Assembly (NCBI GenBank): GCA_020148045.1
Contig: JAHCRG010000006.1
Location: 137,909 to 201,908, forward strand
Length of the DNA: 64,000 nt
Direction of reading: 5' to 3'
Source of the DNA: Patescibacteria group bacterium
GTDB lineage: Bacteria > Patescibacteriota > Minisyncoccia > Minisyncoccales > GWA2-38-27
Shown here: piece by piece, positions 55,309 to 64,000 of the stretch
How the letters are laid out: each line of letters opens with the position of its first letter
How positions within the stretch are numbered: position 1 is the first letter of the stretch
Notes under the pieces: generated by a model
Database searches by the model: none
What the model saw: only the letters and a program-made list of their open reading frames with translations
What the model was told of the DNA's origin: nothing
Made by a program: the position numbers and the translations under genes

Positions 55309-57231
55309 ATGATTAAAAAAGGCAATCTATATTATCCAAGCAAAGAATTTAAAAAAAAGGCCTGGGTTAATAATAAGGCAATTTATAAGAAAGCTAGCAG
55401 GAATCCAAAAAAGTTTTGGGAGGATTTAGCCAAAGATTTGCTTTGGTTTAAAAAATGGAGAAAAGTTTTTGTTCACAAGCCGCCATACTTTAAGTGGTTT
55501 GTAGACGGAAAACTCAATATTACTCAAAATGCTTTGGACAGAAATTTAGAGAAGAAGAAAAATAAAGTTGCTCTAATCTGGGAACCGGAGCCAATTAAGG
55601 AGAAATCAAGAGTTTTCACCTATTACGACCTGTTTAGAGAAGTTAACAAATTTGCCAATGTTTTGAAGAAATTAGGAGTGAAAAAGGGGAATAGGGTAGG
55701 AATTTATTTGCCAATGATTCCAGAAGTGGTAATTGCAATGTTGGCTTGCGCTCGTCTTGGAGCAGTTCATTCAGTTGTGTTCTCAGCTTTTAGTTCTCGG
55801 GCTTTGAACATAAGATTGCAAGATACTAAAGCAAAAATCTTAATAACAGCAGATGGTTATTTTCGGCGAGGTAAGGTTATTGATTTAAAGAAAAATGCTG
55901 ACGAAGGTATAAAGAAGACAGAGGTGAAAAAAGTTATTGTGGTAAAAAGAACAGGGAATCCAGTCAAGATAAAGAAAGGTCGTGATCTTTGGTGGCAGGA
56001 ATTAATTGAGAAGGAGAAAGACCAATGCGAGCCAGTACCAATGGATTCAGAAGACCTTTTGTTTGTGCTTTACACAAGCGGGAGTACGGGACGGCCCAAA
56101 GGCTGCGAACACGTCTGCGGTGGCTACACTGTCCAGGCCTATTGGACAGGCAAATGGATATTTGATTTGAAAGAGGATGATATTTTTTGGTGCACTTCAG
56201 ACCCTGGCTGGATAACAGGACATACCTACACAGTTTATTCTCCATTGCTTAACGGAGTAACAAGTCTGATGTATGAAGGCGTTCCGGATTACCCGACGCC
56301 TGATAGATGGGCTCAGATTATTGAAAAATACGGGGTGACGATTTTTTATACTGCGCCAACAGCCATCCGGATGTTTGAGAAATACGGAACAGGTTTAGTT
56401 AGAAAGCATAAATTTAAAACCTTGCGGCTTTTAGGTTCAGTAGGTGAGTGTATTGATCAAGCAGCGTGGCAGTGGTATTTTAAAGAAGTTGGAAAGGGAA
56501 AGCGTCCTTTGGTAGATACTTGGTGGCAGACGGAAACAGGCGGAATTTTAATTACTTCTTTACCCGGCCTCGGTCCCTTTAAGCCAACTTTCACCGGACT
56601 ACCTTTTCCGGGAATAAAAGCTGATATTTTAGATAGTAAGGGAAAATCACTGCCTCCTAACAAAGAAGGAAATTTGGTGATATTGCCTCCTTTCGCTCCC
56701 GGGCTTTTGCGAGGGGTCTATAAGAATCCAAAGAGATATTTAAAAACTTATTGGAGTCAATATGGTAAGAAAACTTATTTTACCAGCGATGGGGCTTATC
56801 GGGATAAGAAGGGACTAATAAGAATTATTGGCAGGGTTGATGATGTAATTAAAGTAGCAGGCCATAGGGTAACTACCGGTGAGTTAGAAAGTGCGATTGC
56901 TTTGCACAAAGATATCACAGAGTGCGCTGTGGTTGGCAAGACGGATGAAATAAAAGGAGAGGTTCCAATTGCTTTCGTGGTTTCCAAAACCAAAAAATCG
57001 TCAGAAGTGATAGCAAAAGAGGTAATTACTCAAGTGAGAAAAGAAATAGGACCGATTGCTTCGCCTAAAGAAGTTTATCTGGTTAAAGATTTACCAAAAA
57101 CCCGCAGCGGAAAAATTATGAGACGGATTTTAAGAAAATTATTTACCGGGGAAGAGTTGGGCGATTTGAGTACTTTAGCTAATCCTGAAAGCGTTGAGAA
57201 GATTAAAAAAATAATTCACCCGATTAAATAA
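55309..57231 (+). CDS. acs: Acetyl-CoA synthetase (AMP-forming)
   Basis: YTSGSTGRPKG, DTWWQTETG, GRVDDVIKVAGHR, PKTRSGKIMRR. Confidence 0.95.
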   Translation: MIKKGNLYYPSKEFKKKAWVNNKAIYKKASRNPKKFWEDLAKDLLWFKKWRKVFVHKPPYFKWFVDGKLNITQNALDRNLEKKKNKVALIWEPEPIKEKSRVFTYYDLFREVNKFANVLKKLGVKKGNRVGIYLPMIPEVVIAMLACARLGAVHSVVFSAFSSRALNIRLQDTKAKILITADGYFRRGKVIDLKKNADEGIKKTEVKKVIVVKRTGNPVKIKKGRDLWWQELIEKEKDQCEPVPMDSEDLLFVLYTSGSTGRPKGCEHVCGGYTVQAYWTGKWIFDLKEDDIFWCTSDPGWITGHTYTVYSPLLNGVTSLMYEGVPDYPTPDRWAQIIEKYGVTIFYTAPTAIRMFEKYGTGLVRKHKFKTLRLLGSVGECIDQAAWQWYFKEVGKGKRPLVDTWWQTETGGILITSLPGLGPFKPTFTGLPFPGIKADILDSKGKSLPPNKEGNLVILPPFAPGLLRGVYKNPKRYLKTYWSQYGKKTYFTSDGAYRDKKGLIRIIGRVDDVIKVAGHRVTTGELESAIALHKDITECAVVGKTDEIKGEVPIAFVVSKTKKSSEVIAKEVITQVRKEIGPIASPKEVYLVKDLPKTRSGKIMRRILRKLFTGEELGDLSTLANPESVEKIKKIIHPIK

Positions 57232-57234
57232 AAA

Positions 57235-57789
57235 ATGAAAGTTCTTATTGCAATTGACAATAACTTTATAAGGGAAACCTATTCAGAGGTTTTTAAGACA
57301 GAAAATTTTGAGGTGTTAGAGACAAAAAAGGGAAAAGAGGCCCTGGCTTTGTCTAAGGAAGAAAAACCGGATATTGTTATAGCTGACATCGCTCTTTCAG
57401 AAATAGGAGGATTTAAATTATTAAAAACCCTCAAAGAAGAAACTTCAACTGAGAAAATCCCAGTAATTATTTTTGCTCAATTTGAAAAAAAAGAGGATAG
57501 GAGAAAAGCAATGGAATTGGAAGCCAAGGACTTTATTGCAGCTGCCAGCGTTTCCCCAGTTGAAGTAATTCGAAAAGTAAAAATTGCTTTAGGGAAACAA
57601 AGATCTTACCGTATATCTATGCCGAAGGACCTACATGATGCCAGAGAATTGATTACTGATTTAGGTTATAGTTATGATTTTAAATGTCCCAAATGCGGCT
57701 CTGATCTTTTGTTGTGTTTAATAAGAGACCTTTCAAAAGGTGAGAAATATTTTATATTATCTGTTATTTGTCCTGAATGTAATAAATGA
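57235..57789 (+). CDS. Response regulator receiver with C-terminal CxxC...CxxC domain
   Basis: KPDIVIAD, GFKLL, IPVII; CPKC and CPEC. Confidence 0.82.
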   Translation: MKVLIAIDNNFIRETYSEVFKTENFEVLETKKGKEALALSKEEKPDIVIADIALSEIGGFKLLKTLKEETSTEKIPVIIFAQFEKKEDRRKAMELEAKDFIAAASVSPVEVIRKVKIALGKQRSYRISMPKDLHDARELITDLGYSYDFKCPKCGSDLLLCLIRDLSKGEKYFILSVICPECNK

Positions 57790-57790
57790 T

Positions 57791-60166
57791 ATGCTAAGAA
57801 AATCTCAAAAAAATATTCTATGGCTTAATAAAATCGGTTTAAAAGATGTTCCCTTGGTGGGAGGAAAAAATGCTTCTTTGGGAGAGATGTATAGAGAGTT
57901 TTTTAAAAAAGGGGTTAATATTCCAGATGGCTTTGCTTTGACTACCAAAGCATATTGGAAGTTTTTAAAAGCAAATAAAATTGATAAAAAATTGAAAGAA
58001 ATTTTTAAAGAATTTGAGCCCAAGAGTTTAAAAAGTCTTCAAGCAACCGGGAAAAATGCTCGCGCTTCTATTTTAGAAGGAGAATTTCCCGATGATTTAA
58101 AAAGAGAGATTTTAAGAGCTTATCAAAAATTAGAGAAAAAATATGGTGAAAATCTTGCTGTTGCTGTTCGTTCTTCTGGGGTTTGCGAGGATATGCCCGA
58201 AGCTTCTTTTGCCGGCCAATTCGAAACTTTTTTAAATATTAAAGGAGAGGAAGAATTATTAAAGGCGATTAGAAAATGTTTAGCTTCAACATTTAATGAT
58301 AGGGTTATTGCTTATAGGGAAGAAAAGAAAATTCCTCATTTAAAATTTGCTCTTTCAGTTGGAATTATAAAAATGGTAAGGAGTGACTTGGCTTCATCCG
58401 GAGTAATTTTTACTTTAGATACCGAGACCGGTTTTCCTGATGTTGTTTTGATTAATTCTATTTGGGGGATAGGAGAAATGATTGTAAAAGGAAAAATTAC
58501 CCCTGATGAATTTTATGTTTTTAAATCGACTTTGGAAAAGGGGTTTAAATCAATAATTGTTAAAAATTTGGGAAGGAAGACAAAGAAATATATCTATAGC
58601 AGAAAAGGAGGATTAAAAGAGGTAACCGTTAGCCCTGCTAAACAATTAAAATTTTCTTTAACTGATAAAGAAATTTTAACTTTATCTCGCTGGGCAATTT
58701 TGATTGAGGAACTTTATTCAAAAAAATTCAAGAAGTGGATGCCCCAGGATATTGAATGGGCAAAAGACGGAAAAACCGGAGAGCTTTTTATTGTTCAGTC
58801 AAGACCAGAGACAGTTCATGCTTCGAAAACAGCAAAAACTTATGAGGAATATGAAATCAAAACTAAGAAAAAGCCAGTTTTAACTGGCATTGCTATTGGA
58901 GATAAAATCGGGTTCGGGAAAGCAAAAATAATTCCTGATGTTTCAAAAATTGACCAGTTTCAAAAAGGGGAAGTTTTAGTGACTAAAATGACTGACCCTG
59001 ATTGGGTTCCAATAATGCGTTTAGCTTCAGCAATTGTGACAGATGAAGGCGGAAAAACTTGTCATGCAGCAATAGTGGCAAGAGAACTAAACATTCCTAC
59101 TATTGTCGGGGCAAGAGAAGCTACAGAAAAACTGAAAACAGGGAATACAGTTACTGTTGATTGCACTCAAGGATTAAATGGCAGAGTTTTTGAAGGGAAA
59201 GTTCCTTTTGAAGTAAAGGAGTATAATTTAAGGAAGATACCTAAATTGAAAACAAAAATAATGCTCAATATTGGAGCGCCAGAAATAGCTTTTAAGACCT
59301 CTTTTCTACCAAACAATGGAGTCGGGTTAGCTAGAGAAGAATTTATAATTGCTGAAAAAATTCGGGTTCATCCTTTGGCGCTTTATCACTATAAAGATTT
59401 AAAAGATAAGAAGTTAAAGAAAAAAATTGCAAGAATAACAATTGAGCATAAAGATAAGAAAGAGTATTTTATAAAAGAATTGGCTGAAGGAATTGCTCAA
59501 ATAGGAGCTGCCTTTTACCCCAAAGAGGTAATTGTTAGGTTTTCTGATTTTAAAACAAATGAGTATAGAAATTTAATTGGAGGGGAGCTTTTTGAAAGAG
59601 AGGAAGCAAATCCAATGCTTGGATTCAGAGGAGCTTCCAGATATATTGATGAAAGTTTTCAGCCAGCTTTTAAAATGGAATGCCAGGCAATAAAAAGAGC
59701 AAGAAATATATTTGGATTGAAAAATATTTCAGTGATGGTGCCATTTTGTAGAACCGTGGAAGAGGGAGAAAAAGTAAAAAAACTAATAGAAAAGTTTGGG
59801 TTAAAAGAACTGAAGATTTATGTGATGTGTGAAATTCCATCTAATGTTATTTTAGCTGAAGATTTCTTGAGAATTTTTGACGGAATGAGTATTGGTTCAA
59901 ATGATTTAACCCAATTAGTTTTGGGTATTGATAGAGACAATGCCCAGATAGCTTATATCGGAGATGAAAGAAATGAAGCAGTAAAGCAGATGGTCAGTAA
60001 AGTTATTAAGCTTTGTCGGCAAAAGAAGAAATATTGCGGAATCTGCGGCCAGGCTCCAAGCGACCTACCAGAGTTTGCTAAATTTTTACAGAAAGAAGGC
60101 ATAGAAAGTATGTCTTTAAACCCTGACACTGTAATCAAAACAATTTTAAATTTGGCTAAATTATGA
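57791..60166 (+). CDS. ppsA: Phosphoenolpyruvate synthase
   Basis: VGGKNASLGEM, SFAGQ, QSRPETV, TCHAAIVARE, SIGSNDL, GICGQAPS. Confidence 0.96.
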   Translation: MLRKSQKNILWLNKIGLKDVPLVGGKNASLGEMYREFFKKGVNIPDGFALTTKAYWKFLKANKIDKKLKEIFKEFEPKSLKSLQATGKNARASILEGEFPDDLKREILRAYQKLEKKYGENLAVAVRSSGVCEDMPEASFAGQFETFLNIKGEEELLKAIRKCLASTFNDRVIAYREEKKIPHLKFALSVGIIKMVRSDLASSGVIFTLDTETGFPDVVLINSIWGIGEMIVKGKITPDEFYVFKSTLEKGFKSIIVKNLGRKTKKYIYSRKGGLKEVTVSPAKQLKFSLTDKEILTLSRWAILIEELYSKKFKKWMPQDIEWAKDGKTGELFIVQSRPETVHASKTAKTYEEYEIKTKKKPVLTGIAIGDKIGFGKAKIIPDVSKIDQFQKGEVLVTKMTDPDWVPIMRLASAIVTDEGGKTCHAAIVARELNIPTIVGAREATEKLKTGNTVTVDCTQGLNGRVFEGKVPFEVKEYNLRKIPKLKTKIMLNIGAPEIAFKTSFLPNNGVGLAREEFIIAEKIRVHPLALYHYKDLKDKKLKKKIARITIEHKDKKEYFIKELAEGIAQIGAAFYPKEVIVRFSDFKTNEYRNLIGGELFEREEANPMLGFRGASRYIDESFQPAFKMECQAIKRARNIFGLKNISVMVPFCRTVEEGEKVKKLIEKFGLKELKIYVMCEIPSNVILAEDFLRIFDGMSIGSNDLTQLVLGIDRDNAQIAYIGDERNEAVKQMVSKVIKLCRQKKKYCGICGQAPSDLPEFAKFLQKEGIESMSLNPDTVIKTILNLAKL

Positions 60167-60990
60167 AAAAACAAAAGGCATTCACTCTAATTGAAGTTTT
60201 AGTAGTTATTGCTATAATAGGTTTTTTAGCCAGTATTACTTTAGTATCTATAAAAGAAGCCAGAGAAAGGGCCAGGATTGCCAAGGGTCTTAACTTTGCT
60301 GCCCAAGTTCATCACGCTCTCGGAGCTTATGCAGTAGGAATTTGGGATTTTGATGATAATACATTTCCTACTCAGGATATAAGTGGTTATGAAAACCATG
60401 GTGATTGCACAAATTGCCCTATTTGGACCGCTGAGAAAGATACGCCAAGCAGAAAGGGTTATGCTTTGATCTTTGATGGTCAGAATGATTACCTTGATTG
60501 TGGAGATGCTAATTTATTAGGTGGGGGAAATCAATTTACCATAATGTATTGGGCAAGACCAGGTAGAGATTTAAAGGAAGAGTCATCTGTTTGGTATGGA
60601 GGTGTAACAGAATACACAGAATATTCGCTAGGTTGGCAGGGTTGGACAGATGGCATAACTGTAGATTTTTTAGATACTTCTGGAACCCGTCATTTTATGG
60701 ATACTTGGGATACTTATCTTTTAGAAGACCAATGGTATCATATAGTTGGGCTTTATGATGGTACTTATTTAAAAGTCCATATAAATGGAGAATTTATAAG
60801 GCAGGAAAATGAGGGTTCTCATACTGTCAGAACTACAACTAATGCTTTTAGAATTGGTTATGCTGGAGGAGTTTATTGGGATGGCACAATCGACGAAGTC
60901 CGCGTTTATGAAGAAGCCCTGACCTCAGCCCAAATCAAAAAACTCTATGTTGAAGGAGCGAGAAAACGGGGGTTATTAACTCAAGAATAA
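60163..60990 (+). CDS. Prepilin-type N-terminal cleavage protein with LamG/concanavalin-like domain
   Basis: KA-FTLIEVLVVIAIIGFLA; QWYHIVGLYDG...INGE, DGTIDEVRVY. Confidence 0.88.
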   Translation: MKKQKAFTLIEVLVVIAIIGFLASITLVSIKEARERARIAKGLNFAAQVHHALGAYAVGIWDFDDNTFPTQDISGYENHGDCTNCPIWTAEKDTPSRKGYALIFDGQNDYLDCGDANLLGGGNQFTIMYWARPGRDLKEESSVWYGGVTEYTEYSLGWQGWTDGITVDFLDTSGTRHFMDTWDTYLLEDQWYHIVGLYDGTYLKVHINGEFIRQENEGSHTVRTTTNAFRIGYAGGVYWDGTIDEVRVYEEALTSAQIKKLYVEGARKRGLLTQE

Positions 60991-60994
60991 AAAT

Positions 60995-61984
60995 ATGTTT
61001 GATATTATAACTTTTGGGTCTGCTACTTGGGATGTTTTTTTGAGACCAAAACCAACCCAGGGCTGGCAGGTAGTAAAAAACAAAAAATTTATCACCGGTA
61101 AAGGGATTTGCTTTAATTTGGGTTCCAAGGTTGATGTTAAAGATATTTGTCTTTCCTCTGGTGGAGGTGGAACTAATACAGCTGCTACTTTTGCCAAGCA
61201 AGGTTTTAAGGTAGCTTATTGTGGCAGAGTGGGGGATGATTTGAGTGGTCAAGAGATAATTAAAGAATTAAAGAAATTTGGGATTGACTGTCAGTTCATT
61301 TTTAAAACAAAACTGAAACCGACTAATTGTTCCATTGTTTTAAATAGCGGTTTAAAAATAGACCGAACTATCTTGGTTTATCGAGGGGCATCAGAACTCT
61401 TGGGAAAAAAAGATATTCCCTGGAGCAAATTGAGAGCAAAATGGTTTTATTTAGCTCCTCTTTCAGGAAAACTCTGTAATATCACCGAAGATATAGTTAA
61501 TTTCGCTTACAGAAATAAAATAAAAATTGTTTTTAATCCGGGTAACTCTCAACTTTCATTGTCTCCAGAAACCCTGAAAAGAATTGTTAAAAAAGTCAAT
61601 ATTTTAGTTTTAAATCAAGAAGAGGCTTCTTTGTTAACTAAAATTCCTTATCAGAAAGAAAAGAAAATTTTTAAAAAAATTGATGAAATATGTCCTGGTA
61701 TTGCTATAATGACAAAAGGTCCCGGGGGAGTGGTAGTTTCTGATGGAAAAAAGCTTTATCGAGCCAAACCTGCAAAAACAAAAGTAACTGACCGGACCGG
61801 AGCTGGGGATTCTTTTACTTCTGGATTTGTTTCTGGTTTTATAAAAAAGGGTAAGATAGAATATGCTATTCAAATAGGCACGGCTAATGCTTATTCCTGT
61901 CTTCAAAAATGGGGAGCTAAAGATGGATTATTAAAAAACAAGGAAAAGTTTAAAAAAGTGAAAGTTATAAAGAAGAAATTATGA
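60995..61984 (+). CDS. PfkB-family carbohydrate kinase
   Basis: GGGGTN, NQEEA, DRTGAGDSF. Confidence 0.9.
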   Translation: MFDIITFGSATWDVFLRPKPTQGWQVVKNKKFITGKGICFNLGSKVDVKDICLSSGGGGTNTAATFAKQGFKVAYCGRVGDDLSGQEIIKELKKFGIDCQFIFKTKLKPTNCSIVLNSGLKIDRTILVYRGASELLGKKDIPWSKLRAKWFYLAPLSGKLCNITEDIVNFAYRNKIKIVFNPGNSQLSLSPETLKRIVKKVNILVLNQEEASLLTKIPYQKEKKIFKKIDEICPGIAIMTKGPGGVVVSDGKKLYRAKPAKTKVTDRTGAGDSFTSGFVSGFIKKGKIEYAIQIGTANAYSCLQKWGAKDGLLKNKEKFKKVKVIKKKL

Positions 61985-62784
61985 CATTAAAAGATTGTCT
62001 TAAAAAAGCACAGAGACAAAAGTTCGCTATTGGCCAGTTTAATTTCTCAACTATTGAGCAGTTGAAAGGGATTTTGGCTGCTGCTCAGAAAACAAGGGTT
62101 CCAGTGATTTTGGGGACCTCTGAAGGGGAAAGTAAATTTTTGGGTCTGAGAGAAATTATTGCTTTGGTTGAAATCTCTAAAATGAAATACAAGGTTTCTG
62201 CTTTTTTAAATCTTGACCACGGAAAGGATTTAAATTGGCTCAAAAAAGCTATTGATTTTGGATATTCAGCAGTTCATTTTGATGGTTCAGGATTAGCCTT
62301 TAAAGAAAATGTAAAACGTGCTAAAAAGATAGTAGATTACGCTCACAAAAGAGGGGTTTTAGTTGAAGGAGAAATAGAAGCTATAAAGGAGAAAAACCTG
62401 ACTTCTTCAGTTCAAGCAGAGAAATTTGTTAAAGAGACAAAAGTAGATAGCTTGGCAGTAGCTATAGGGAACATTCACGGATTATATACTGGAATGCCAA
62501 AATTGAATCTTGGAAGGTTAAAAGAAATTAACAAAAAAACAAATGCTTATCTGGTTTTACATGGAGGGTCAGGTATTCCAGATGTTCAGATTAAAAAAAC
62601 AATCAAGCTCGGGATTGCTAAGATCAATATTAATACTGAATTAAGGCTAACTTGGAAAAGAGCTTTAACAAGAAGTTTGAAGGCCCAGGAGATTAAACCC
62701 TATAAAATTTTGCCCAAAGTTCAAAAAGCTATCCAAAAAAAGGTCGAAGAGAAAATAGGAATCTACCTCGCTAACGCTCGGTAG
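61981..62784 (+). CDS. fba: Class II fructose-bisphosphate aldolase
   Basis: NLDHG, VEGE, AIGNIHG, LVLHGGSG, KININTE. Confidence 0.9.
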   Translation: MTLKDCLKKAQRQKFAIGQFNFSTIEQLKGILAAAQKTRVPVILGTSEGESKFLGLREIIALVEISKMKYKVSAFLNLDHGKDLNWLKKAIDFGYSAVHFDGSGLAFKENVKRAKKIVDYAHKRGVLVEGEIEAIKEKNLTSSVQAEKFVKETKVDSLAVAIGNIHGLYTGMPKLNLGRLKEINKKTNAYLVLHGGSGIPDVQIKKTIKLGIAKININTELRLTWKRALTRSLKAQEIKPYKILPKVQKAIQKKVEEKIGIYLANAR

Positions 62785-62838
62785 AACCTTGATTCGCTAA
62801 GGTATTAAAATATAATCTTAAATTAAAACTATTTGAAA

Positions 62839-63276
62839 ATGAATAAAAAAGATTTTTTAATAATAGGAGCAGGAATAGTTATTTTGGTTGCAATAATTTT
62901 AGTTGCTGTTTTAACAAAGGTTCCTGGAGAGGTGAATGTTATTACTGAAAAAACAGAATATAAAATTGGGGATGTTATAAAGGTAAAAATTGAAAACAAT
63001 TTAAAGAAAAACGTTTGTTTTTCTTCTTGTTATCCTTATTATCTTGAGAAGAAAGAAGAGGAATGGAAAAGTTATGATTATATGGGTTGTCCAAACAGTG
63101 ATTTAGTTAAAGATTGTATTGATTCAAGGCAAGTCAAAGCATTTGAACTTATTGTCCCTCCTATTGAGGAAGGACTTCACCGGCTTGCTATATCAGTTTG
63201 TATTGGATGTAATCTTGACGAAGTGTTTAGAGAAGACCAAAAGTTTTATTCTAATGAGTTTATAATCAACGAATAA
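62839..63276 (+). CDS. Hypothetical membrane-anchored Ig-like protein
   Basis: N-terminal TM helix; TEKTEYKIG...IENN, YSNEF. Confidence 0.65.
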   Translation: MNKKDFLIIGAGIVILVAIILVAVLTKVPGEVNVITEKTEYKIGDVIKVKIENNLKKNVCFSSCYPYYLEKKEEEWKSYDYMGCPNSDLVKDCIDSRQVKAFELIVPPIEEGLHRLAISVCIGCNLDEVFREDQKFYSNEFIINE

Positions 63277-63438
63277 CGAATCTAATACGAATATAAGAAC
63301 CTGGCTTCGCCAGAACCTTGATTCGCTATTGTATAAACACATAGTCTTGAATTAAGAATTCGTAAAGCAACCCTACGGGGAGTCTCATTTGTTTTGAAGA
63401 AAAAATAAGACAGCGAAACTAATTCGCTATTCGTTGAT
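63265..63438. repeat. Element bounded by 17-bp inverted repeats
   Basis: atcaacgaataacgaat (63265-63281) and attcgctattcgttgat (63422-63438), 16/17 complementary. Confidence 0.6.
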
Positions 63439-63444
63439 GATTTT

Positions 63445-63663
63445 ATGAAGATTATCCATGAGCGAGAAAAATGCATTGGTTGTGGGTCTTGTGCAGCAAT
63501 ATGCCCAAAGTATTGGGAAATGGCCGAAGATGGAAAAGCTAAACTTTTGGAAGCCGAGGCAACCCCCCAAAAAGGAAATTATGAGTTAGAGATAAAAGAA
63601 ATTGAATGTAACCAAGAGGCAGCTGATGCCTGCCCGGTGGAGTGCATCCACATTATAAAATAA
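63445..63663 (+). CDS. Single-cluster ferredoxin
   Basis: CIGCGSCAAICP ... AADACPVECI. Confidence 0.92.
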   Translation: MKIIHEREKCIGCGSCAAICPKYWEMAEDGKAKLLEAEATPQKGNYELEIKEIECNQEAADACPVECIHIIK

Positions 63664-63666
63664 TCG

Positions 63667-64000
63667 ATGTTAACCCTTAAAGCCAAAATTAGAGAGGAGC
63701 GGGGTAAAAAGGTAAAGAAATTAAGGAAGAGGGGTATTCTGCCTGCTGTTTTATATGGACCAAAGATAAAAAATTTATCTTTGGAAGTAGACTTAAAAAA
63801 GTTTGGAAATATTTATAAAGAAACTGGAGAAAGTTCTTTGATTTCGCTTGAAGTAGGAGATGAGAAATTTCCAGTTCTAATTCATGAAGTAAAAAAGAAC
63901 CCATTAACTGGCAAGCCAATCCATATTGATTTTTATCAGCCAATTCTTACCGAAGAAGTTGAGGCAACAGTTCCAATAGTTTTTGAAGGAGAAGCTCCGG
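63667..64000 (+). CDS. rplY: 50S ribosomal protein L25 (3' truncated by window)
   Basis: MLTLKAKIRE..GKKVKKLRKRGILPAVLYG...HIDFY. Confidence 0.92.
   Translation, partial: MLTLKAKIREERGKKVKKLRKRGILPAVLYGPKIKNLSLEVDLKKFGNIYKETGESSLISLEVGDEKFPVLIHEVKKNPLTGKPIHIDFYQPILTEEVEATVPIVFEGEAP

Noticed and set aside
63282..63943. Minus-strand ORFs 63282-63476 and 63689-63943
   Set aside because: They overlap the ferredoxin and rplY genes on the plus strand, which have clear motifs.

Overview
This is an AT-rich, gene-dense bacterial chromosome segment. By inference it comes from a Patescibacteria/CPR (Parcubacteria-like) genome: housekeeping enzymes are compact, many core genes appear leaderless, tRNAs lack an encoded CCA, and it carries cohesin/dockerin and pilin-like surface proteins. 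The backbone holds a Clp ATPase, mraZ-rsmH-ftsL-ftsI-murF-like, a P-type ATPase, rmuC-rplU, recR-dnaB, cysS, dnaX, a lysine-rich ftsZ, a redox/central-carbon cluster (trxB, eno, apgM, gap, acs, ppsA, pfkB, fba, ferredoxin), partial rplY and three tRNAs (Val-CAC, Glu-CTC, Gln-TTG). The standout is a curli (type VIII secretion) locus at 0.5-6.7 kb: csgE-csgF-csgG, two long curlin-repeat genes and a predicted outer-membrane beta-barrel gene. It is arranged as three units sharing a repeated hairpin-promoter-leader module, in a lineage generally regarded as lacking an outer membrane. Other notable structure includes a WxL/DUF916 plus cohesin-dockerin surface cluster, promoter-and-terminator-bearing gene cassettes with shared ends, and an integrase-less island at tRNA-Gln. 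There are also two or three candidate structured ncRNAs, one beside a Clp-fold protease/small-protein pair, and palindromic elements that also sit in frame inside genes. All calls come from reading the sequence and motif recognition; no searches were run.
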